A stretch of 64,000 bases of DNA, from positions 7,004-71,003 of the forward strand of contig CAVPCB010000078.1 in NCBI GenBank assembly GCA_963702285.1. The letters run 5' to 3'. The translations under genes and the position numbers were made by a program. The notes beneath the pieces are model-generated. The model saw nothing but the letters and a program-made list of their open reading frames with translations. It had not been told where the DNA came from and made no database searches. Of the stretch, positions 32,370 to 41,721 are shown piece after piece. Origin of the DNA: an uncultured Acidobacteriaceae bacterium. GTDB taxonomy: Bacteria > Acidobacteriota > Terriglobia > Terriglobales > Acidobacteriaceae. How positions within the stretch are numbered: the stretch's first letter is position 1; each line of letters starts with the position of its first letter.

Positions 32370-32843
32370 TCAGGCCCGGGCCGCCTGCCGCACCGGGCTC
32401 GCAGCCGCTTCCACAGCCGGCTCCTCCCGATACAGCGCCGCCCCCGCAACCGTGCCCGCAACCAGTTCAACCAGCGCGCCGAGCGTCGTGTAGAGCGTGA
32501 GATGGTTGTTGAATATCCCAGGAGCCCACATGATCGTTGCATTCGGAATCAGCGACGTGGCGATCCAAAGCGCGATGCCCGCGTAAACCGCCGTGCCGAT
32601 GCCGGCGCCAAAGCGCGGCCGGATTGCCGCATAGATCCAGACCGCCAGCAGGCCCAGCACGAATCCGAACATGTTGAACCACACAATTTGTGTCATTCCA
32701 AATTCCGGCCGTCCCAGCCGAACAAGGTCCAGGTTCCACCTTGCGGCCAGCATCACGCCATCCACCAGGTATGCCAGGATATTCACCACGATCCCGGCCA
32801 CAAGACCGCCCATGACCCAACGGCCGATGTTGATCTTACCCAT
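32370..32843 (-). CDS. small 4-TM membrane protein (paralogue of 55090-55515)
   Basis: 157 aa from MGKINIGRWVMGGLVAG with AGGAGG upstream. By eye more than half of the residues match the second copy. Confidence 0.55.
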   Translation of the reverse strand: MGKINIGRWVMGGLVAGIVVNILAYLVDGVMLAARWNLDLVRLGRPEFGMTQIVWFNMFGFVLGLLAVWIYAAIRPRFGAGIGTAVYAGIALWIATSLIPNATIMWAPGIFNNHLTLYTTLGALVELVAGTVAGAALYREEPAVEAAASPVRQAARA

Positions 32844-33209
32844 ACATCCTCCTTGGGGGATGACGCAGTGTACGCGCACACCAGGCCACCTACAACGAAA
32901 ATCTGCACCAGGTCCAGGGCAGTGAGACGTTGCAACCGGGCCCAGTTGCGGCATAAGCCCCATCCCCCTCTCCGCCAGCGCACGATCTCCTTCCCTTTCA
33001 GCACGATATCCGCACCAACCCTACCCCCGAAATTCCACCACCTGAACCGGAACGCTGGGGTGTTTGGTTCATATATCCCATGGACGGTACACACAGCGCG
33101 CGCCGAAACCTCGCCGTTATCCTTCCCGAGCTGAAGAAGCGCTGGAACGCATGGCGCGCCTCCGCCTAACCGTTTTTCGTCCTGGCGCGAAGCGCGTCCG
33201 CCTGAACGG

Positions 33210-33611
33210 CTAGTTCCCGCACATCGTCTTCGCCTTCTCCAGTTGCTCCGGCGTGTACTTCTTCGGGATCTTCACGAACTTGAGGTGGTTCTGCATCCCG
33301 ATATCGGCCAGCGCGTCCAGATCTTCCTTCGTCTCGCTGTACTTCTTTTTGGGCAGGCTGGCTTTGATTGCGTCCAGAATCTCCAGTTGCTTCACGGTGT
33401 GCGTGGTGAACCCGCCGCCACCGGGCGCCATCTCCGAGGTCGTCTCGTCCGACTCTTTGAAGATCACACACCCGTCGTTGCCCGACTGCATTCCCCAGGT
33501 CACGGGCTCCTGGTCGGCCGGCTTGTCCTTCGCAAAGCTTGCCGCTCCCGACGACGCCACCACCAGCGCCATCACCACACTCGCCTGCACCACACGCTTC
33601 AAGATTCGCAT
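33210..33611 (-). CDS. secreted hypothetical protein
   Basis: 133 aa from MRILKRVVQASVVMALVVASSGAASFA (signal peptide) with GAGGAGG upstream. Confidence 0.5.
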   Translation of the reverse strand: MRILKRVVQASVVMALVVASSGAASFAKDKPADQEPVTWGMQSGNDGCVIFKESDETTSEMAPGGGGFTTHTVKQLEILDAIKASLPKKKYSETKEDLDALADIGMQNHLKFVKIPKKYTPEQLEKAKTMCGN

Positions 33612-33695
33612 CCTCCTCAGCTCCCTCCATTCCCCGCGGCTGTACCCACAATAATCTGTCACCCTACCAGGAGCGCAAGCTGCAAGCCCGAGCGA

Positions 33696-33751
33696 CTCCC
33701 AGCTCCCAGCTCCCAGCCCCAGGCTCCCAGCCCCAGGCTCCCAGCTTCCGG
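33696..33751. repeat. heptanucleotide tandem array (CTCCCAG/CCCCAGG) x8
   Basis: CTCCCAG x3, CCCCAGG, CTCCCAG, CCCCAGG, CTCCCAG, CTTCCGG. It lies between divergent gene starts at 33611 and 33762. Confidence 0.9.
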
Positions 33752-33761
33752 TACCCTGTTC

Positions 33762-34241
33762 ATGGCGCCCCCAATGACCAAACGCTCCGCCGGCATCCTG
33801 CTCTACCGACGCACTCCCTCCGGTCCTGAAGTCTTCCTCATCCACCCCGGCGGCCCCTTCTGGGCCAAAAAAGACAAGTGGTCGATCCCCAAGGGTGAAT
33901 ACCACGACGATGAACCGCCGCTCGAGGCCGCGCGCCGCGAGTTCCAGGAGGAGACCGGCTCCCGGATCGCGCTCGATCTTCCCGCCGAAAAATTTACCCC
34001 CCTTGGCGTCATCCGCCAGCCTGCCGGCAAAGAGGTGACCGCCTGGGCCGTCGAAGGCGATTTCAACCCGGCCACCCTGGTCTCGAACACCTGCTTCGTC
34101 GAGTGGCCCCCTCGCTCCGGCCGTCAGATTGAGATCCCCGAAGCCGATCGCGGCGCCTGGTTCGATCTGGCCACCGCCCGCGCGAAGATCTTCAGCGGCC
34201 AGGAAGCGTTCCTCGACCGGCTGGCCGAATCTCTCCGCTAG
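33762..34241 (+). CDS. NUDIX hydrolase
   Basis: 159 aa with a Nudix box around GEYHDDEPPLEAARREFQEETG. The track ORF upstream extension is antisense and repeat sequence. Confidence 0.85.
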   Translation: MAPPMTKRSAGILLYRRTPSGPEVFLIHPGGPFWAKKDKWSIPKGEYHDDEPPLEAARREFQEETGSRIALDLPAEKFTPLGVIRQPAGKEVTAWAVEGDFNPATLVSNTCFVEWPPRSGRQIEIPEADRGAWFDLATARAKIFSGQEAFLDRLAESLR

Positions 34242-34356
34242 GCATTCGAGGTCTGTTGGCTCAGCCGGGCCGCGACGGAATCCCCTTTCCTTGACGATTC
34301 AACTCATCTCCGTCGCTTGCCAGGGACAGATAGCGCTTGATTGCGGTCTTCGCCCT

Positions 34357-34995
34357 TCACCCATTTTTCCGTATCGTCTCTCCATCGTCTTGTGAACGTC
34401 GGCGAGATCGCCCCTTTGCCGATTCTTCAGATCCAGGTGGTTCACGGAAAGGTTCCACCGAAATGCGTTGGTAACGCACTTCCAGCACCGTCAGGTGTTC
34501 TATCCTGCCTGGCGCCTGGAGAATTACGCTGTCACCCGCTGCCGACCTCATCAATGCACGTCCCAGAGGTGATACCCAACTGATGTGATTACGGCTCAGA
34601 TCGACTTCGTCGGTGCCCACGATGCTTACCATCTGCTCCGCTCCAGCCGCATCGGCATAGCGCACGGTCGCCCCGAAGTATGCCCTCGTTCTCGCCTGCC
34701 CCGTCCTCGGAGCTTCCGGGTCCACCACTTCTGCGGCATCGATTCGCTTCGTGAGAAAGTGAATTCGCCCGTCGATCTGCCGCAGCCGCCGCTTGCCGTA
34801 CTGATAATCGGCGTTTTCACTGCGATCGCCGTTGCTGGCAGCCCACGCCACCACCTCCACCACGGCCGGGCGGTCTTTGGTGCGCAGGAACAGGTGCTCA
34901 TCTTTGAGACGCTGCAGCCCGCTCGGCGTTATGTAGTTCCTGCCTCGCGTCGAGGGTTCGTCCCCTTCTGGCTTTCTCGTAGAACCTCTCCGCAT
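34357..34995 (-). CDS. greB: transcription elongation factor GreB-like (GreA/GreB family)
   Basis: From MRRGSTRK with GGAGG upstream. WAASNGDRSENADYQYGKRRLRQIDGRIHFLTKRI closely matches GreB. Basic C-terminal extension. Confidence 0.8.
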   Translation of the reverse strand: MRRGSTRKPEGDEPSTRGRNYITPSGLQRLKDEHLFLRTKDRPAVVEVVAWAASNGDRSENADYQYGKRRLRQIDGRIHFLTKRIDAAEVVDPEAPRTGQARTRAYFGATVRYADAAGAEQMVSIVGTDEVDLSRNHISWVSPLGRALMRSAAGDSVILQAPGRIEHLTVLEVRYQRISVEPFREPPGSEESAKGRSRRRSQDDGETIRKNG

Positions 34996-35328
34996 CTCGT
35001 TAGTCCTCCAGCGCCAGGCAAGTGGGTGCCCACAATGTGTGCGGATGTACGCCGAAAGAGAACGTTGCAGGTCCATCCAGGTTCATCGATTTCATTTGCG
35101 GTCCCTAACCGATTTTTTCACGTCTTCCGGACCTTAAGCGATCCTGTCCATCATCTCCGGTAACACCCGTGCAACCGCTAAGGCACGTGGGAAAATTAGT
35201 ATCGATAAAGTCGGCGTGTCGAACCCTTCAGGTTGCAGGAGGGCGTTAGTCCCACCGAGGTAGGCGCGACCTTCAGGTCGCGCAATCTGAAAGACCAAAA
35301 CGCGCGCGGCTTGAGCCGATGATCCCCC

Positions 35329-35521
35329 CAAAACTCGACCCAGTTTGATATCAACTCGGCCGAGTTCCCCATCAAACTCGGCCTAGTTTGAATCAAACTC
35401 AGCCGAGTAGGAAGTGACTTCTTATCAATCAAAAACGCCAACACCACCCAGTTTTGACGTCAAACTCGGCCGTGTTTGACATCAACTCGGCCGAGTTGTA
35501 AGTGACTTGTCTTGTATCAAG
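35329..35521. repeat. cluster of 6-7 copies of a 14-20-bp palindrome (consensus TCAAACTCGGCCGAGTTTGA) in two ~90-bp modules
   Basis: Perfect AACTCGGCCGAGTT at 35353-35366 and 35483-35496, with degenerate copies at 35329, 35371, 35392 and 35461. Each module ends with AAGTGACTT..CTT..ATCAA. Confidence 0.85.
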
Positions 35522-35595
35522 TACAGCGACAGCCCGGATACGGGCGCTGAAAACAAGTCACTTGCGTAGGATCCCCCCCGCACCGCGATTCCCGC

Positions 35596-37431
<1,836 letters not shown>

Positions 37432-37456
37432 GGTTTTTCCCTATGTCAGTGGGTTG

Positions 37457-37897
37457 CTATTTTGGTGGTGACCACGCGGTGATCTGATTCAATGGCACAG
37501 ACCACCTGGAAGCTTCTTGACCGTCTTCGTTCGCGGAACGCCATTCCGGAATTGAAAAGTACGGATTATTGGGATCGAATTGATCAAAGTCCTGGTCGAA
37601 TATATCTGGACGTAATAGCTGATTCTCGATGACTACCTGATCTTCAAATCGATACATCAGCCACCATTCGCCACCGAACCCGGCCTTCTCGCTCCAATAA
37701 GAGGTGACGAGGCAGGATTTCGGTTCGCCAGTCATCAGTCTCTGAATTCCTTCCCTCCATTGATGTTCGTAACGCTCGCGACTCCAGGTTGTAAGAACCA
37801 TTTCGAATTCTTCAACAAAAGCACCGAGAGTGATCTGGCCTATAGCTCTGTCGGGCTCATCATGCACTTCGTGAAGGAAGCGAATCAATAATGACAT
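37457..37897 (-). CDS. hypothetical protein (visibly lower-GC orphan)
   Basis: 146-aa ORF with AT-richer codon usage than its neighbours, wedged between hisS and aspS with 24-25-nt gaps. No recognised motif. Confidence 0.5.
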   Translation of the reverse strand: MSLLIRFLHEVHDEPDRAIGQITLGAFVEEFEMVLTTWSRERYEHQWREGIQRLMTGEPKSCLVTSYWSEKAGFGGEWWLMYRFEDQVVIENQLLRPDIFDQDFDQFDPNNPYFSIPEWRSANEDGQEASRWSVPLNQITAWSPPK

Positions 37898-37921
37898 GAA
37901 GCAATCGCTCTGGCCTGATCA

Positions 37922-39220
37922 TTACCGCTTCTCTGAGGTTGAGCCCAGCCCGTACGCGACCTGATCGCGCGGGATCTTGGTCTGCTCGCCGGTGGCGAAG
38001 TTCTTCACTGTCAGGATACCGGAGGCGTGCTCGTCCTCGCCCAGCAGAATGATGTTGCGGGCGAGCTTGTTGGCGATCTCGAAGGACTTCTTGAGACGGA
38101 AGCTGCCGTCGCCGAGTTCGATGCGGAGCCCCTGGCGGCGAAGATCGCGGGCGAGGGTGAGCGCAGGCGCGTTGAGGCCATCGCCGAGAGGCGCGACGAA
38201 GGCGTCCGCCAGTGTTGGCGCAGTTTCCGTCTGCGCGGACTGCAGCGTGAGGATCAGCCGGTCGAGCCCCATGGCGAAGCCGATGCCGGGAGCCTTGGGT
38301 CCGCCGAGCATCTCCGAGAGGCCGTCGTAGCGGCCGCCGCCGAGCAGCGCGTTTTGCGCGCCCAGGCCGCCGTGCGTGAACTCGAAGGTGGTGCGCGTGT
38401 AGTAGTCGAGGCCGCGCACGAGGCGCGGATTGACTTCGTACTGCACGCCACAGGCGTCGAGCGCAGCAAGTACCGCGGCGAAGTGGGCCTTTGATGCGTC
38501 GTCAAGGTAGTCGGCAATCTTCGGCAGCGTGGCGATGATGGCTTCGTCGGCGGGGTCCTTCGAGTCCAGCACACGCAACGGATTGGTCTCGGCGCGGCGC
38601 TGGTTGTCAGCGGACATCTGGTCCTTGACCGGTGCGAGCGCTTCGCGAAGGGCAGCGACGTACTTCGGTCGATCGGTCGACGACCCGACGGAGTTCAGCA
38701 CCAGGTTCCAGCCCGTAATGCCCAGCTCGTCGAGCAAGCTCGCCAGCATCTCCAGCACTTCGGCGTCACGCAGTGGCGACTCCGAACCGGCGCTGGGCGG
38801 GCCGATGACTTCCGCGCCGATCTGCCAGAACTGCCGATAGCGCCCCTTCTGCGGGCGCTCCCGCCGAAACTGCGGGCCAATGTAATAGAGCTTCTGCAGG
38901 AGTCCGGACTCGCCAAGCTTGTGCTCGATGTACGCGCGGACGACGCCGGCGGTGTTCTCCGGACGCAGCGTCAGGGACTGAGATTTTTCCGACTGCGCGC
39001 GCGCGCGATCCTCCCACGTGTACATCTCTTTCGAGACGATGTCGGTTTCTTCACCTACCCCACGAGCAAAGAGAGAGGTGTCCTCGAAGATGGGGGTGCG
39101 AATCTCGCCGAAGTTGTAGCGGGCGAAGACGCGGCGGGTCACGGCTTCGACGTGGTTCCAGAGATCGGTTTCAGGCGGCAAAAGATCGCGCGTGCCGCGC
39201 ACGGCTTTAAGGAGGGTCAT
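37922..39220 (-). CDS. hisS: histidine--tRNA ligase
   Basis: 432 aa with GTRDLLP, FRRERPQKGRYRQFWQ (motif 2) and GGGRYDGL (motif 3). Confidence 0.95.
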   Translation of the reverse strand: MTLLKAVRGTRDLLPPETDLWNHVEAVTRRVFARYNFGEIRTPIFEDTSLFARGVGEETDIVSKEMYTWEDRARAQSEKSQSLTLRPENTAGVVRAYIEHKLGESGLLQKLYYIGPQFRRERPQKGRYRQFWQIGAEVIGPPSAGSESPLRDAEVLEMLASLLDELGITGWNLVLNSVGSSTDRPKYVAALREALAPVKDQMSADNQRRAETNPLRVLDSKDPADEAIIATLPKIADYLDDASKAHFAAVLAALDACGVQYEVNPRLVRGLDYYTRTTFEFTHGGLGAQNALLGGGRYDGLSEMLGGPKAPGIGFAMGLDRLILTLQSAQTETAPTLADAFVAPLGDGLNAPALTLARDLRRQGLRIELGDGSFRLKKSFEIANKLARNIILLGEDEHASGILTVKNFATGEQTKIPRDQVAYGLGSTSEKR

Positions 39221-39265
39221 CGGAGCGTTTTCTCTTGTTAGTTTATCGGACGCGGTGGAGCGGGA

Positions 39266-39436
39266 CTAATCGAGTTCGTCGCCCCTCATTGGGGGATTGT
39301 TGCGACCAGCCTTCTTCACAATGCGGATGGCCTTCCGGAGATTTGCGCGGGAGGCGCGCTCCTGGAAGTAGGCTGCTGTCCGCAGCGCCGAGAGCTTTTC
39401 AGCCAAGGCCACGTTGATGTTCTTTTTCATCTCCAT
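39266..39436 (-). CDS. possible small ORF (56 aa), antitoxin-like C-terminus
   Basis: MEMKKNINVALAEKLSALR...AIRIVKKAGRNNPPMRGDELD, below the track cutoff. There is no partner toxin gene, so this is weak. Confidence 0.2.
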   Translation of the reverse strand: MEMKKNINVALAEKLSALRTAAYFQERASRANLRKAIRIVKKAGRNNPPMRGDELD

Positions 39437-39468
39437 GCTGACATGCCGCGCACATCAAGGATATCCGA

Positions 39469-39711
39469 TCACTCGTGGGGCGGGTGCGGCGGGAGGGCAA
39501 AGCCTTCGATAATCCAAGCGGCGAGCAGAATACCGGCGCCGATCATGGAGAGGACGATGCCGAACGGGGTAAAGCCATTCGTCCAGGGCGACTGGTGGAA
39601 CAAGGCCGCGGTGAGGCAGCCGACCAGGGCGATAGCGTCGAGGAAGAGGCCGAGGACAAGGATCGCTTTGCCCACGAGCCGAATGCGGTGGAGCCCTTCC
39701 TGAGCGGCCAT
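39469..39711 (-). CDS. possible small 2-TM membrane protein
   Basis: 80 aa from MAAQEGLHRIRLVGKAILVLGLFL..., two hydrophobic helices. The rest of the track ORF is unconvincing. Confidence 0.3.
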   Translation of the reverse strand: MAAQEGLHRIRLVGKAILVLGLFLDAIALVGCLTAALFHQSPWTNGFTPFGIVLSMIGAGILLAAWIIEGFALPPHPPHE

Positions 39712-39816
39712 GGCGCCACTGTACCACCGGGCCGTAACCGAGGGGAGCGCTCGCGCGGCCGGTGAAAGGTGCTCTGTTGCCGGTGCGTGAAGAGTGTTAG
39801 GATTCCGAGGCACATC

Positions 39817-41721
39817 ATGCTGAGGCGAGTCTCTCTGCTGGTTTTGCTGGTATCGCTGAGCGGCTGGGCGCGCGAGAACGGGTCCGGCTGGATCGAAGTG
39901 CGCAGTCCGCATTTCACCGTGATCACCGATGCGGGCGAGGGGCGCGGGCGGCACGCGGCGGGCCAGTTCGAGCGCATGCGGTGGGTGTTTCAGAGCAGCC
40001 TGCCGCCGTCGGCGAATCTCGATCCGGCGAATCCAATCGTCGTGATCGCGGTGAAGGATCGGAAAGACATGGAGGCCCTGGAGCCGGCGGCATATCTGGC
40101 GAAGGGCCAGGTGAACCTCGGCGGGCTATTCTCGCGATCGACCGACAAGAACTACATTCTGGTGCGGCTGGATGGAGGGGGAGAGCATCCGTACTCGATC
40201 GTCTATCACGAGTACACGCACCTGATGGAGGGCAGTGCGGCGGAGTGGACGCCGCTGTGGCTGAACGAGGGGCTGGCGGAGTTCTTCGAGAATACGGAAG
40301 TCCGCGACAAAGAGGTGCTGCTGGGCGAGCCGAGCATGAATGCGCTGCTGCTGCTGCAGCAAAACCGGCTGATCCCGCTGCCGGTGCTGTTGAAGGTGGA
40401 CGCAACGTCGCCGTACTACCACGAGGAGCAGAAAGGCGGCATGTTCTACGCGGAGTCGTGGGCGCTGACGCATTACCTGGAAGTGGCGGATTTCCACGAT
40501 CACACCAATCGCATCGGGAAGTATCTGGCGCTGACGAGCCGGGGAACGGATGCGGTGACTGCGGCCGACCAGGCCTTTGGCGACCTGAAGCAGCTCGAAG
40601 GGGCGCTGGCGGCCTACACCCGGGAAGGGCGCTACTCATACTTTCAGAAGTCGACGGCCGGCGTGCAGGTGAACGAAGCCTCGTTTGCGGCGGCGCCCCT
40701 GAGCGTGGCGGATGCGGATGCGATCCGCGCAGATTTTCTGGCCTACATGGGGCGGGCGGACGATGCGCGCGCGCTGGCGGATGCGGCGCTCAAGGCCGAT
40801 GCGAACAGCGCGAGGGCGCATGAAGCAATGGGGCGGATCGAGCTTGCGGCGGGGCATCACGCGGAGGCGAGGAAGTGGTACGCGGAGGCGGCTGCGCTCG
40901 ATCCCGGGAACTATGTAGCGCAGTACTACACCGGGGCGCTGGCCGCAATGGCGGGCACGGACGATGAGGAAGCGGAGCGGCATTTGCGGGCGGCGATCCA
41001 GGCGAATCCGCGGTTTGCACCGGCCTACGATGCGCTGGCGACGCTGTTATCGAATCAACACAGCAAACTCGATCAGGCGCACATGATGGAGCTGCAGGCG
41101 ATCGCGCTGGATCCGGGGAACCTGCACTATCGGCTCAACACGGCGCACATCCTGATGGAGCAGGAGCAATTCGATGCGGCGGTGCAGGTGCTGGAGTCGG
41201 CGAAAACGCTGGCGCGGGATCCGCTGGAAGTGGATGTGGTGGAGCGGATGCTGAAGCAGGTGGACGAGCAGCGGCAATTGTCAGAGAAGATTAAGCGCCA
41301 TGAGGCTGAGGCGCAGGTGACGGTTGCTGGCACGGGAGACGGTCCGGCGAGCGGTGTGAAGCAGATGGGGTTGCCGCAGAAACCGAAGCACGCGACAGAG
41401 GCGCCGCACGGGCCGGATTTATGGGTAACGGGCGTGATTCGCGATGTGCACTGCAACTGGCCGGGAGCGATGGAGTTGCGAGTGGCAGGCGAGAGTGCGC
41501 AAGCCGGACCCGGTATTTGCGCAGTTCCTGCTGCAGCAGTTTGGCGGGGCGACGGGCGAGCTGACGGCGGGCTTGCAGTATTGGATCCAGTCGTTCCACT
41601 GCCCGAAGCCGGGGATTCGCGAGCTGCTGCAGGACATCGCAGTGGAGGAGTTCGGCCACCTGGAGGTGGTGGGCACGCTGATCGAAGAGCACACGCGGGG
41701 GATCGAGAAGGGCATGCATGA
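39817..41721 (+). CDS. secreted DUF1570/MA-type putative metallopeptidase with TPR repeats, anomalous 3' end
   Basis: Signal peptide MLRRVSLLVLLVSLSGWA, then HEYTHL...WLNEGLAEFFE and TPR-like repeats to about 41300. After about 41480 the frame yields low-complexity Gly/Arg/Ala sequence overlapping the catalase remnant. Confidence 0.65.
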   Translation: MLRRVSLLVLLVSLSGWARENGSGWIEVRSPHFTVITDAGEGRGRHAAGQFERMRWVFQSSLPPSANLDPANPIVVIAVKDRKDMEALEPAAYLAKGQVNLGGLFSRSTDKNYILVRLDGGGEHPYSIVYHEYTHLMEGSAAEWTPLWLNEGLAEFFENTEVRDKEVLLGEPSMNALLLLQQNRLIPLPVLLKVDATSPYYHEEQKGGMFYAESWALTHYLEVADFHDHTNRIGKYLALTSRGTDAVTAADQAFGDLKQLEGALAAYTREGRYSYFQKSTAGVQVNEASFAAAPLSVADADAIRADFLAYMGRADDARALADAALKADANSARAHEAMGRIELAAGHHAEARKWYAEAAALDPGNYVAQYYTGALAAMAGTDDEEAERHLRAAIQANPRFAPAYDALATLLSNQHSKLDQAHMMELQAIALDPGNLHYRLNTAHILMEQEQFDAAVQVLESAKTLARDPLEVDVVERMLKQVDEQRQLSEKIKRHEAEAQVTVAGTGDGPASGVKQMGLPQKPKHATEAPHGPDLWVTGVIRDVHCNWPGAMELRVAGESAQAGPGICAVPAAAVWRGDGRADGGLAVLDPVVPLPEAGDSRAAAGHRSGGVRPPGGGGHADRRAHAGDREGHA

